NCBI GenBank assembly: GCA_964486505.1
Contig: CAZAMC010000002.1
Location: 1,656 to 65,655, forward strand
DNA from: an uncultured Gammaproteobacteria bacterium
GTDB lineage: Bacteria > Patescibacteriota > Patescibacteriia > PEXW01
Direction of reading: 5' to 3'
DNA length: 64,000 nt
Positions 36,250 to 45,843 of this stretch are shown here, piece by piece. The first letter of the stretch is position 1, and the number at the start of each line of letters is the position of its first letter. Below the pieces are notes generated by a model, which was not told the DNA's origin, did no database searches, and saw only the letters and a program-made list of their open reading frames with translations. Made by a program: the position numbers and the translations under genes.

Positions 36250-36303
36250 CGCAAAAACCTACTCCTCGGGGAGTAGCGCGTCAAGGGCCGGAGAATTTTT
36301 CGG

Positions 36304-37395
36304 CTACACACCCACCCGGAAGTGGGCGACGTCGCCGTCCTGCATCACGTACTCCTTGCCCTCCACCCGCAGCAAACCCTTCTCTTTGCAGCCTTGCTCC
36401 CCGTAGGCCACCAGGTCTTTCCAATCCATGACTTCCGCGCGAATGAAGGCCTTCTCGAAGTCCGTGTGGATAACCCCGGCAGCTTGCGGCGCGGCCGTAC
36501 CCTGCGCAATGGTCCAGGCTTTGGATTCCATAGGCCCCGACGTGAAGAACGTCATGAGCCCGAGCGTGAAGAAGGCTTGGCGGATGAGGCGGTTGAGGCC
36601 GGGTTCTTTGAGCTCGAGGTCCCGCAAGTAGGCTGCCGCGTCTTCCGGTGAAAGTTCGGCCAGCTCGGCCTCAATTTTTGCCGAGACTACCACGATGTCG
36701 CTGGCTTTTTGGTGCAACCGGTTAGCGAGTTCGGCCTGGATTGTTGCTGCACGAGCGAGTTCGGCCTCATCCACGTTTGCCACGTAGAGCACCGGTTTGG
36801 CGGTCAGGAGGTTGAGCGGTTTGGCGACTGCTTGCTGGTCAGCATCGGTCAAGATAAGCCGGGCGGCCCGCCCGGCACCCAAACCCGTCACCAGGGCTTG
36901 GAGCGTGGGGAGCTCGGCGAGGGCCAGTTTGTCCCCCGACTTCGCTTTGCCTTCTATTGCCTCGACCCGCTTCTTCACCACGTCGAGGTCAGCGAGGGCT
37001 AATTCGGTTTCGATAGTGCTCACGTCATCAACGGGGTTTACGCGGTTATCCACGTGAATGACATCGGGATCGGTAAAGGCCCGGACAACATGTGCAATCG
37101 CCGCGACGTCGCGGATGTTCGCCAAGAACTTGTTGCCCAAACCCTCGCCCTTGTGTGCATCCCGCACCAAACCGGCGATATCGACGAATTCTACTATTGC
37201 GGGAACAACCTTTTCCGACTGGCTCACCTTGGCCAGTTGTGGTAAGCGATCGTCAGGGACTTCCACGACGCCAATATTCGGATCAATCGTTGTGAATGGA
37301 TAGTTTTCCGCAGGCACCTGCTTCTTGGTGAGGGCCCGGAAGAGCGTGGACTTCCCCACATTTGGCAAACCAACTATTCCAATGCGAAGTGACAT
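36304..37395 (-). CDS. ychF: Ribosome-binding ATPase YchF
   Basis: GIVGLPNVGKST, NYPFTTIDPN, DIAGLV, AGVIHTDFEKAFIRAE, EGKEYVMQDGD. Confidence 0.97.
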   Translation of the reverse strand: MSLRIGIVGLPNVGKSTLFRALTKKQVPAENYPFTTIDPNIGVVEVPDDRLPQLAKVSQSEKVVPAIVEFVDIAGLVRDAHKGEGLGNKFLANIRDVAAIAHVVRAFTDPDVIHVDNRVNPVDDVSTIETELALADLDVVKKRVEAIEGKAKSGDKLALAELPTLQALVTGLGAGRAARLILTDADQQAVAKPLNLLTAKPVLYVANVDEAELARAATIQAELANRLHQKASDIVVVSAKIEAELAELSPEDAAAYLRDLELKEPGLNRLIRQAFFTLGLMTFFTSGPMESKAWTIAQGTAAPQAAGVIHTDFEKAFIRAEVMDWKDLVAYGEQGCKEKGLLRVEGKEYVMQDGDVAHFRVGV

Positions 37396-37452
37396 ATGTG
37401 TGGGATACTAGCAGCCATGCGCGAACCCCGCTAGATAGGGTATACTGTAGGT

Positions 37453-38133
37453 ATGTTTGAGAGTAATCCGTCGCCAACGCCGACGAGCGGTGCTCCGTTG
37501 CCTCCTTGGCAATCGGGTGCGCGGTCACGTCCTGTGCCACCCCGACCGGCAGCGCCGATCCCCCAGACACCACCGCCCGCGCCCGCCTTTCGGGCTGAAC
37601 CTCCGCCCGCCCCGGCACCCGTCGAACCAAAGCAGTGGGGGCCGTTGAAGCCCATTCGGCCCGTGCCCAAGCCCAGCGAGGAGAAGATGGCGTACGTTTT
37701 GGCGCAGGCCGAGCACGTTGTGGATACGGAGAGCGAAGGCCGTCAGAAGCGCTGGGTGATTATTGGCTCGGTCGCCGGCATCCTGGTGGTTGTTGGCGGT
37801 ACACTGGCCTTCATCTTTTTCGGGCGGAACGAAGGCCCCACGCTTCCGGCGAATCAAGCGGTTATTCTCGTGAATACGAATAAGTCAAAGAACGCAAACG
37901 TTACGGCGAATGCGGTTTTCCCCGAACCGAATGTCAACAGCACTAGCAACACCAACCAGCCGGCGAACACCAACGCTGCCCCAGCACCGGATACGGATGG
38001 TGACGGTTTGAGTGACGCGGACGAAGCTCGGTACGGAACCTCAACGACCAAACCCGACACCGACGGGGATGGGTTTACCGATGGTGAGGAAGTGAAGAAC
38101 GGGTACAACCCCCTCGGGCAAGGGAAGCTTTAG
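37453..38133 (+). CDS. Membrane protein: Pro-rich N-terminus, TM, Asn/Thr linker, DxDxDG Ca-binding (TSP3-like) repeats
   Basis: DTDGDGLSDADE..YGT....DTDGDGFTDGEEVKNGYNPLG. Confidence 0.85.
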   Translation: MFESNPSPTPTSGAPLPPWQSGARSRPVPPRPAAPIPQTPPPAPAFRAEPPPAPAPVEPKQWGPLKPIRPVPKPSEEKMAYVLAQAEHVVDTESEGRQKRWVIIGSVAGILVVVGGTLAFIFFGRNEGPTLPANQAVILVNTNKSKNANVTANAVFPEPNVNSTSNTNQPANTNAAPAPDTDGDGLSDADEARYGTSTTKPDTDGDGFTDGEEVKNGYNPLGQGKL

Positions 38134-38666
38134 TCGTTGCGCAGCTGCCGACGTAAGTCGCGGAGCGCTTGTTTACCCGACGTAAAGGCAATGCGTGTGG
38201 GGAGTTTTTTCAGGGGTAGCCAGGCGAAGGCAGCAACGTCGTCGCAGGGTTTGAGCGTGCCTGACCAGCGGGTAGCCGTGTAGTAGATGTTCAGCGTTGA
38301 CTGGAGCGGCTTGCTCGCGTACGTATCCATGTATATCCCCAGAAGTTTTGGTTGCCGGACATGAATGCCGAGCTCTTCACGCATCTCGCGCTGCAAACCG
38401 CGAACCGGATCTTCGTGGACATCCAGGAAGCCGCCAGGCACGTCCCAGCCGCCCTTGTACGGCGCAATGGCCCGTCGGGTGAGTAGGACGCTGCCGTTGC
38501 GCACGAGGAGCACCGAGGCGGTGGGCTTGGAGTTCATCCAGAAGGTATAGCGGCAAGCTAAGCACCCAAGCTCGGGTTTTCCGTGAATACGGCGCATGCG
38601 TAGCCGTGCGCCGCAGTGCGGGCAGAAATGGAAGTAAGACTGAATGGTGTTCCGGACGTTAGGCAT
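38130..38666 (-). CDS. NUDIX hydrolase with N-terminal Zn ribbon
   Basis: FCPHCG...CLAC; PGGFLDVHEDPVRGLQREMREELG. Confidence 0.9.
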   Translation of the reverse strand: MPNVRNTIQSYFHFCPHCGARLRMRRIHGKPELGCLACRYTFWMNSKPTASVLLVRNGSVLLTRRAIAPYKGGWDVPGGFLDVHEDPVRGLQREMREELGIHVRQPKLLGIYMDTYASKPLQSTLNIYYTATRWSGTLKPCDDVAAFAWLPLKKLPTRIAFTSGKQALRDLRRQLRND

Positions 38667-39486
38667 GGGTTGCAAGGGTGACGGTTCGCTCCAGGAGCAT
38701 CGCTACAGTGACCGGGCCAACACCACCAGGCACGGGCGTTAGCCAGCCCGAATGCTCGGTCATGCGCTCGGCATCCACATCGCCCACGTCTTTGCTGTCC
38801 ACGCGCGTGTAGCCCACATCAATAATCGTTGCGCCCGTTTGCACGTCATCAGCTTTTAGGAAGTGTGGTTGGCCAATGGCAATGACTACCACATCGGCAG
38901 CTCGGGTGAGTTCTGGACTATTGTAAAACGGCGGGTAGGCAATTTGCGCGTCCAGGCCGCGTCGCGTGAGGAGGAGGGCCATGGGTTCGCCAAAGGTGAT
39001 GGAGTTTGCTAGCACGACCCCGCGTTTGCCGGCGTAACTTTGGCCAGTGCTGGTGATGAGCCGCCAAATGCCTTCGCACAGCACCGGCGGAAGGGCAGCT
39101 GGATCCGTCCGGAATTTTTCCAGGGACGCCTTCAGAAAGCCATCCGCGTCTTTTGCTGGGGCGATGGTGTTTACCACGCGGTCGGCATTGATCTGGGCGG
39201 GGAGGGGGAGCTGCACAATGATGCCGTGGATACTGGTGTCTGCATTGAGTTCGGCGATGCACGTTAGCACGGTCGCTTCGCTTGCGCTCGCGGGGAAGTC
39301 TTGCCGCACGAAGTGCAAGCCAATATCCCGCGCCGCTTTTTCCTTGAGCCGAACGTACGTATGTGAAGCCGGATCATCGCCTACTAAGACAATGGCGAGC
39401 CCCGGCTTTGTGGGTAGCGTTGCAACGCGAGCGGCAAGATCGGTGCGAATCTGGGCAGCGAGTTGGCGTCCGTCAATGCGGTTCAT
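38659..39486 (-). CDS. folD: Methylene-THF dehydrogenase/cyclohydrolase
   Basis: IDGRQLA, VGDDPASHTYVRLK, GIIVQLPLP, KDADG, TPVPGGVGPVTVAML. Confidence 0.95.
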   Translation of the reverse strand: MNRIDGRQLAAQIRTDLAARVATLPTKPGLAIVLVGDDPASHTYVRLKEKAARDIGLHFVRQDFPASASEATVLTCIAELNADTSIHGIIVQLPLPAQINADRVVNTIAPAKDADGFLKASLEKFRTDPAALPPVLCEGIWRLITSTGQSYAGKRGVVLANSITFGEPMALLLTRRGLDAQIAYPPFYNSPELTRAADVVVIAIGQPHFLKADDVQTGATIIDVGYTRVDSKDVGDVDAERMTEHSGWLTPVPGGVGPVTVAMLLERTVTLATHA

Positions 39487-40742
39487 GGGAAGAGCGTTCG
39501 GTGAGTGAGGATAGCGCGTTCGGGTACCCAGTGCTGGCGGAGTTCGCCCGCCAGGTAGAACGAACCGGTGATGAGCAGGAGGTCGCCCGGACGTTGGGTG
39601 CGGAGGGCGTGCAGGAGGGCGTGCAGTGCGTTCGGCTGGACGGTAAGGCGCGCTGTGGGCAGGAGCGAGCGTAGGGCAGACGCAATGTGCTTTGGCTGCA
39701 TGGGCAGGGGGTACGCGACGCTGGCCTGGGTTAGCGTCCACTGGTTTGCGAGCGTGAGGAGCGGGCGAAGGCTTCTGATTACATCTTTCTTCCCGCCAAT
39801 GCCAAAGAGGACGTGTACGCGCTTGTAGTCTAGCATGCGCACCGTACGCGCGAGTGCCTTGAGCTTATCGGGGTTGTGGCTGCCATCCAGGATGACGTGG
39901 GGGGCAATCTGCTCAATGCGGGCGGCGAGTTTCGTGCGGTCTACGCCCCGGGTGATGCTTGGAGCTGAAAGGTTGAGCGCGTGGCCAATGGCCAGCGCCA
40001 ACGCGCTATTGCGTTCGTGGTGTGTCGCCTGCGTCGGAGTGCGTACAACGGTGAGGGGCATGTGCGCCAGCCGGGCGCGACGCTGGAGTATGGCGCGGAG
40101 ATGAATATGCGTTTCGGTGGTCAGGCCTTGGCTGCCGCGCTTGAAGATGCCCGCTTTGGTCCAGGCAATTTTCGCTTTGGTGCGGCCCAGCAAGTGTTGG
40201 TGGTCAAGGCCAATGTTGGTGATGGCAGCGATGCGGGGTGCCGCAATGATGTTGGTCGGGTCATACTCGCCACCGCAGCCAACTTCCAAGACCACCCAGT
40301 CCAGCCGGTGCTTCGCAAAGATGAGCATTGCCATGGCGAGCAGAGTCTCGAAATGTGAGGGGACGTACTTCCGCTCCTGGGTGAGGCAGTGGTCTACGTA
40401 CGGTTTTACCCGCTTGAATGCCCAGAGAAAGTCTGCCACAGATGCGAGTTTGCCGTTGAGGGCAATGCGTTCCAACGTCGTGGTCACGTGCGGTGAAGTA
40501 AACAAACCCACATGCTTTCCTGAGGCACGGAGCATTTCGTAGACCATTGTGGAAACCGTGCCTTTCCCCGAGGTGCCGGTGATGTGCACGTATTGGAATT
40601 TCCGTTCGGGATTACCAAGGTGCGCCAGCAGGCGGCGCGTGCGCTCCAGGGAAAGCTGGGGTTGCTGGTGACGGGGCGCAAACACCTGCTGGGGCAGGGC
40701 TTCTAAATACTTTTGGCTGCGTTTGTAAGCCGCGTACTGCAT
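39483..40742 (-). CDS. folC: Folylpolyglutamate synthase/dihydrofolate synthase
   Basis: HITGTSGKGT, FTSPH..ERI, LEVGCGG.YDPTN, LDH...LG, LDGSHN, TGSFYLAG; start 40742 or 40748. Confidence 0.93.
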   Translation of the reverse strand: MQYAAYKRSQKYLEALPQQVFAPRHQQPQLSLERTRRLLAHLGNPERKFQYVHITGTSGKGTVSTMVYEMLRASGKHVGLFTSPHVTTTLERIALNGKLASVADFLWAFKRVKPYVDHCLTQERKYVPSHFETLLAMAMLIFAKHRLDWVVLEVGCGGEYDPTNIIAAPRIAAITNIGLDHQHLLGRTKAKIAWTKAGIFKRGSQGLTTETHIHLRAILQRRARLAHMPLTVVRTPTQATHHERNSALALAIGHALNLSAPSITRGVDRTKLAARIEQIAPHVILDGSHNPDKLKALARTVRMLDYKRVHVLFGIGGKKDVIRSLRPLLTLANQWTLTQASVAYPLPMQPKHIASALRSLLPTARLTVQPNALHALLHALRTQRPGDLLLITGSFYLAGELRQHWVPERAILTHRTLFP

Positions 40743-40830
40743 GGGCATATGCTAGCATTCCTCACTAGCAAGTGTAAGGAAATAGAAACGCGAGTGGTTA
40801 TCCACTCGCGTTGTTGCGATAAGCACACCG

Positions 40831-41247
40831 TTACCTGCGCATTGTTTTTTGCCGAATCTTCGCTCGGCGCACAACTTGAGCAGAGAGCACGTCGTCCCTA
40901 TCGATGATGTAGTCCAGCGCATCGCTGTCCACCTCCATCTCGAGCAGCAGACGTGCTGCTTTTTCCGCGAAGTGCGGGTTCCTGCAGTGCTCAAGTATGC
41001 AGGTCAGATCAGCTTCATCGGGTTCTTGTCCGAGGAGGATGACGACCGCATTGATACGTAACTGCGGTACATCCTCAATGATCTTTCGCAAGTTTGTGTT
41101 AAGCATCGGCCGAGCGCCCAGGTGTGACCATGCAAGAGAGATGAGTTTCGTTGCCTGGTCGATGATTTCGATGAGCCTGTCTTCCGCGGTGGTGGTTTGC
41201 GCTTCGTGCTTTACTGCTTTGAACATTTGCACTATTGAATTTTCCAT
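40831..41247 (-). CDS. Hypothetical helical protein (138 aa)
   Basis: AGGAGGT SD; TTGACA-N17-TAGGAT promoter (41331-41303). Confidence 0.65.
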   Translation of the reverse strand: MENSIVQMFKAVKHEAQTTTAEDRLIEIIDQATKLISLAWSHLGARPMLNTNLRKIIEDVPQLRINAVVILLGQEPDEADLTCILEHCRNPHFAEKAARLLLEMEVDSDALDYIIDRDDVLSAQVVRRAKIRQKTMRR

Positions 41248-41350
41248 GGCACCTCCTACTGTTTCATTTTGTTCCTTACTTCAGGTTTATTCCGAATTCG
41301 ACATCCTACAAAAGCGATGAGCAGATGTCAAGGCAAAAAATCCGCCCGGT

Positions 41351-42007
41351 TCACGAGGAACGCGGGCGGTGGTGGGTCTGCAGGTGCTTGCGCATGAGCG
41401 CTTCCAGCTCTGCTGGTGTATGAATCCAGAGCAGATGAGTGGGGAGCTGTGCAACAAAGCATTCCTGTGCGTTTGGCAGCAGACGCTTCGCCACGGAGAT
41501 TGGCCACTGGAGATTGGCAATGGGTATTTCTATTACCCGCTTTGTTTCCAAGTTATCCGTGTGGATGCACGAGTACTCGTTGGTAACCATTGCCACGTGG
41601 CCAATACGCTCTGGGTACCGGGGGTGTCTCCAGGCGCTCTTGCCAGTGGTAAAGAGCAGGTCACCGGGTTGGTACGGTGGCTCAACCATGTCGCCATGAT
41701 CCACCATGAGGTGGGTGTAGCGCGGGAGCCACAGACCAGCGTGCGCGTACACGTACTGCACAAACGTGGAGCAGTCAAACGTCCGGGGGCGGGCCGTGCG
41801 GAGGGCGTCTCGACGGTAACGCATGCCAACACACTGACGCGACACGCGGACAAGGTCATACGGATGGCAGCGTATGCTGAGTTTTTCGAACTCGCGGAGG
41901 AGTTCATGCGTGCGCATGGGCGGGCTCCCAAGGTGCTCACCCAGCGCAATGATGTCGAGGGCGATGTACCCGAAGGTCGGGTGCACATCGCGGCGGGTGT
42001 GTGCCAT
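41351..42007 (-). CDS. NlpC/P60 family cysteine peptidase
   Basis: FDCSTFVQYVY...LPR...PGDLLF...IGHVAM...IH; GGAGGT SD. Confidence 0.85.
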   Translation of the reverse strand: MAHTRRDVHPTFGYIALDIIALGEHLGSPPMRTHELLREFEKLSIRCHPYDLVRVSRQCVGMRYRRDALRTARPRTFDCSTFVQYVYAHAGLWLPRYTHLMVDHGDMVEPPYQPGDLLFTTGKSAWRHPRYPERIGHVAMVTNEYSCIHTDNLETKRVIEIPIANLQWPISVAKRLLPNAQECFVAQLPTHLLWIHTPAELEALMRKHLQTHHRPRSS

Positions 42008-42118
42008 GGGGCACCTCCGTTGGTAAAAGGTTCATTTTCTTTGCCCGCACTGTAGCGGGATACCAAGAGAAAAGCAAATCAAAAACTCATCCACTCTCGA
42101 GGGCGAGGAGGGAGCTCA

Positions 42119-42673
42119 TTACCCGAGCAAAGCCTTCCACCCCTTGGTCCGCACGACGAAGGCAGCTTTCGCAACGAGGAAGGCGAGCACAGGATCGCCA
42201 ATCTTATTCGTGAGCGCCAGCTGCTCGGCTTTCGCTAGCGACATGGGCACAGCCCGGATGTCTTCGCCAGGATCGCCAGGGAGTTTGGACGGCGTTAGGC
42301 CGGAGGCGACAAAGGCGTACAGTGGCCAGTTTTTGTGCATGGGCGAACGGTAGAAGAGCTTTAATTTTTTGGCTTTAAAGCCTGCCTCTTCTTGCAGTTC
42401 TTTCTGCGCTGCTTGTTTGGGCGTGTGGCCACCTTCGACTTTACCAACGACCAAGTGCCAGATCTTCCGCTGGGCGAGCTCTTTGTATTCCTTCGTTACA
42501 ATGAGCCGGCACTTGCTATCGAATGGCAAGACCACGGCCGTGGGTACGCGGTGCAGGTACTCAAAGGTCTTCTTCCGGCCGTCCGGGAGCGTCGCTGTGC
42601 TGTGGCTGATATTGTAGATGATGCCCTTGAAAACAAAATGGTGTTTTCCCAGGGTGGTGTGACGTTTTTGCAT
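42119..42673 (-). CDS. NUDIX hydrolase (ADP-ribose pyrophosphatase-like)
   Basis: LPDG, GKVEGGHTPKQAAQKELQEEAG, DPGEDI. Confidence 0.87.
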   Translation of the reverse strand: MQKRHTTLGKHHFVFKGIIYNISHSTATLPDGRKKTFEYLHRVPTAVVLPFDSKCRLIVTKEYKELAQRKIWHLVVGKVEGGHTPKQAAQKELQEEAGFKAKKLKLFYRSPMHKNWPLYAFVASGLTPSKLPGDPGEDIRAVPMSLAKAEQLALTNKIGDPVLAFLVAKAAFVVRTKGWKALLG

Positions 42674-42704
42674 ATGTAAGCCCGCGCGGGCACGGAGACC
42701 CGCG

Positions 42705-43991
42705 CTAGGTTGTTGAGTACAACGGATGCGATTCGGTTAAGCTCTCCACGGCAGTTCGTGCAACGTTTAGGACGGTCTCGTTATCTGGGCTCTTCAGTAC
42801 CGCGGCAATGGTCTTTCCAACCGCCACCATGTCGTGTTCCGTAAAGCCGCGCGTCGTCAGGGCCGGCGTGCCCAGGCGGATGCCAGACGGGTCCATGGGT
42901 TTGCGCGTGTCGTAGGGAACCAAGTTTTTGTTCACGGTAATCCCCACGCTATCCAACAATTCCTCAGCTTGTTTGCCGGATAGGCCGAGCGGGGACACGT
43001 CCATAAGAAGTAAGTGGTTGTCCGTGCCGCCAGTGATGAGCGTAATGCCCTCGGCCACAAATGTCTCGGCCAGTTTTTTCGCGTTCACCACAATCTGCTT
43101 GCCGTAGGTTTTGAATTCGGGCATGGCTGCTTCTTTGAGCGCCACCGCAATACCCGCAGTCTGGTGGTTGTGCGGCCCGCCCTGCAACCCCGGCATGATT
43201 GCCGCATCGATGAGCCCCGCCAGGTCGCGTTTGGTCTTGGGGTGGTACTGGTCGTGGTAGCGGTCTTCCACTTTTGGCAGCAGGATCATGGCGCCACGTG
43301 GGCCGCGCAGCGTCTTGTGCGTCGTGGTCATAATCACGTCCGCGTACGGGACAGGGGAGGGGTGTTCGCCGGCGATAATCAAGCCGCTGATGTGCGAAAT
43401 GTCTGCCATGAGGTACGCACCTACCTCATCGGCTATTTCTCGGAACTTTTTGAAATCAATGACGCGCGGGTAGGCCGTTGCTCCGCAGATAATCATTTTC
43501 GGCTTCACGGCTTTGGCTTTTTCCCGAATGGCGTCGTAATTCAGCAAGTGCGTCTTTTCATCTACGCCGTAGTTTTCCGCGTGGAAGAACTTGCCGGAGA
43601 AGTTGAACTTGTAGCCATGCGTCAAGTGGCCGCCTTGGGCCAGGTCCATGCCCAGCACCGTGTCACCGGGCTCTAGCAAGGCAAAGTAGATCGCGAGGTT
43701 TGCGGGCGAGCCGGAGTACGGCTGGACGTTGGCGTGGGCCACGCCGAAGAGTTGCTTGGCGCGGTCGCGTGCCAAGTTCTCTACTTCATCAATGAACTTG
43801 TTCCCGCCGTAGTAGCGGGCGCCCGGGTAGCCCTCGCTGTACTTGTTCGTCAGAATCGAGCCCATCGCCTCCATCACTGCCCGACTGGTGAAGTTTTCGG
43901 ACGGAATCATTTCCAAACCGTCTTGCTGGCGGGCCAGCTCGGCGTTTATGAGCTTGCTAATTTCCGGGTCTTCGGTTTGGAGTATAGACAT
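42705..43991 (-). CDS. glyA: Serine hydroxymethyltransferase
   Basis: MIPSENF, NKYSEGYPGARYYGG, GGHLTHG, TTTHKTLRGPRG, SGIRLGTPA. Confidence 0.97.
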   Translation of the reverse strand: MSILQTEDPEISKLINAELARQQDGLEMIPSENFTSRAVMEAMGSILTNKYSEGYPGARYYGGNKFIDEVENLARDRAKQLFGVAHANVQPYSGSPANLAIYFALLEPGDTVLGMDLAQGGHLTHGYKFNFSGKFFHAENYGVDEKTHLLNYDAIREKAKAVKPKMIICGATAYPRVIDFKKFREIADEVGAYLMADISHISGLIIAGEHPSPVPYADVIMTTTHKTLRGPRGAMILLPKVEDRYHDQYHPKTKRDLAGLIDAAIMPGLQGGPHNHQTAGIAVALKEAAMPEFKTYGKQIVVNAKKLAETFVAEGITLITGGTDNHLLLMDVSPLGLSGKQAEELLDSVGITVNKNLVPYDTRKPMDPSGIRLGTPALTTRGFTEHDMVAVGKTIAAVLKSPDNETVLNVARTAVESLTESHPLYSTT

Positions 43992-44041
43992 GAAGGGAGT
44001 GTAACCACTTTTCCTGGCCTTGTCATTCTTGCACGAGTCTT

Positions 44042-45838
44042 CTAGCTGCACTGTGCTGCGAGGTCGGCCATGATGGCATCGGCCCGCTTTTTGGCGTCCT
44101 GCTTTGCCGTGGCCAGGGCTTCAGTAGCTTCCCCTTCGCCAATGTCCTGGTGAACCTGAACGTAAATTTTTAGTTTTGGTTCCGTGCCCGACGGCCGCAC
44201 GGTGGCCCGAGTGCGGCCGTCCTGGGAGAGTTCGTACACGAGCACATCGCCTTTCGTGCCCTCCACCACTTGTCGGTTGGTGGGGAGTTTCGGGTTGTAC
44301 GCTTCGTCGGTGAGCCGATCCACGACCCGAAGCACCGGCAGCCCGGCCACGGTGGTGGGCGGGGATTGGCGTAGTCCGGCCATGATGCTGGTCATCTTCT
44401 GACCGCCCTCCGCACCTGGGTAGAGGATATTTTGGAGCTGTTCCCAGAACACACCGTACTTTTGGTAGAGGCTGTCTAGGTAGTCTGGAACAGTGCGACC
44501 TTGCGCTTTGAGTGTGGACGCGAGTTCGGCCATGAGGAGAGCGGCTATGGCCGCGTCTTTATCTCGCGTATAGGCGCCTTTGAGGATGCCGTGGCTTTCT
44601 TCGCCACCGAAGAGGAATTCTTCTCGCCCTTCGTTTTGGCGGATGAGTTCGGCCACGAACTTGAAGCCAATGAGTATGTTGTCGTAAATTTTTACGCCGT
44701 AGTCTTTGGCCAGGGCCCCCAGACCATCGGTCGTGACAATGGTTTTCACCAGGAAGTGATTGGGCTTAAGTCTCCCTTGGGATTTGCACTGCTCCAGGAC
44801 GAACGCCCCAAGGACGAAGGCGATTTGGTTGCCATTAAGGAAGTCATACGTGCCCCCGCGGGTGCGGGCCACGGTGCCCAAGCGGTCAGCATCGGGGTCG
44901 GTTGTAATCCCGATGTCCGCATTCAGTCGCTGTGCGAGTTCGGTTACACGTTCACTGGCAGATTGCACCTCGGGGTTTGGGATGTTGTTGGGCACGTTGG
45001 GGAAACGCCCATCCGGGGTGGCTTGCTCGTCTACGACAGTCGGGGTAAACCCGGCGCGCTGCAAAATCGGCAGGACGCTTTGCATGCCGGTACCGTGGAG
45101 GGGAGAGTAGGCGAGTGTGGCTGTTCGTGCTGAAGACACTGACTCACCCAACACGGCCTGGCGGTATGCCTCGTCTACGTCTGCGCCAATGACTTGGATT
45201 TTCCCCTCACGCTGGGCCCGAGCGAAGTCCATGGTAGCAATAGTCTGCACCTGCGAGACAGCATCCATAATCCCCTGGTCGTGTGGGGGAACAATTTGGC
45301 CGCCATCTGTCCAGTACACTTTAAAGCCGTTGTCCGTCGGTGGGTTGTGACTAGCGCTCACGACAACCCCCGCAGTCGCATGGAGGTGGCGGACAGCAAA
45401 GGAGAGCTCTGGGGTGGGTCGGCAGCCTTCAAAGAGGTGCACGGTGAAGCCATTTGCGGCAAAGATGCTCGCAACAAGTTTTGAAAATTCGTCCGAGGTC
45501 AGGCGGGTGTCATAGGCGACGACAATGTTCTTTCTGTGGGCGTCACTGTTCTGCGTAAGGTAATCCACCAAGCCCTGGGCGGATTCACCCATGGTAATGG
45601 CATTAATGCGGTTTGAACCAATGCCAACCGTACCTCGCCGGCCACCCGTTCCAAAAGGGACAATCGTAAAGAAGTTGTCGTCCAGCGCTTTCCAGTCTTG
45701 GGATGCAATCATGCCCTCCAAGTCGCGCCGTAGCGGGGCGTACTTTGGTTCGGATAACCAGATGAGGATGTTATCCAGAGCGGCTTTGGAAAGCTTGCCG
45801 TCGGCGTTCGCTTGGCGGAGGCTTGATGCGTAGTCCAT
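44042..45838 (-). CDS. Phosphoglucomutase/phosphomannomutase
   Basis: FGTGGRRG, SASHNP, TDPDADR, GGEESHG, RPSGTEPKLKIY. Confidence 0.92.
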   Translation of the reverse strand: MDYASSLRQANADGKLSKAALDNILIWLSEPKYAPLRRDLEGMIASQDWKALDDNFFTIVPFGTGGRRGTVGIGSNRINAITMGESAQGLVDYLTQNSDAHRKNIVVAYDTRLTSDEFSKLVASIFAANGFTVHLFEGCRPTPELSFAVRHLHATAGVVVSASHNPPTDNGFKVYWTDGGQIVPPHDQGIMDAVSQVQTIATMDFARAQREGKIQVIGADVDEAYRQAVLGESVSSARTATLAYSPLHGTGMQSVLPILQRAGFTPTVVDEQATPDGRFPNVPNNIPNPEVQSASERVTELAQRLNADIGITTDPDADRLGTVARTRGGTYDFLNGNQIAFVLGAFVLEQCKSQGRLKPNHFLVKTIVTTDGLGALAKDYGVKIYDNILIGFKFVAELIRQNEGREEFLFGGEESHGILKGAYTRDKDAAIAALLMAELASTLKAQGRTVPDYLDSLYQKYGVFWEQLQNILYPGAEGGQKMTSIMAGLRQSPPTTVAGLPVLRVVDRLTDEAYNPKLPTNRQVVEGTKGDVLVYELSQDGRTRATVRPSGTEPKLKIYVQVHQDIGEGEATEALATAKQDAKKRADAIMADLAAQCS

Positions 45839-45843
45839 ACGGA

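Noticed and set aside
35891-36284. 16S rRNA fragment, tmRNA, RNase P RNA or SRP RNA
   Set aside because: Only GGATCACCTCCT matches 16S and helix 45 is missing. I could not see a tRNA-like acceptor/T-arm with CCA, GAGGAAAGTCC, or an SRP domain IV motif.
35964-36311. 115-aa ORF as a conventional gene
   Set aside because: Its GTG lies inside ychF and upstream of the predicted promoter, and the sequence is not protein-like. It is kept only as a note within the RNA finding.
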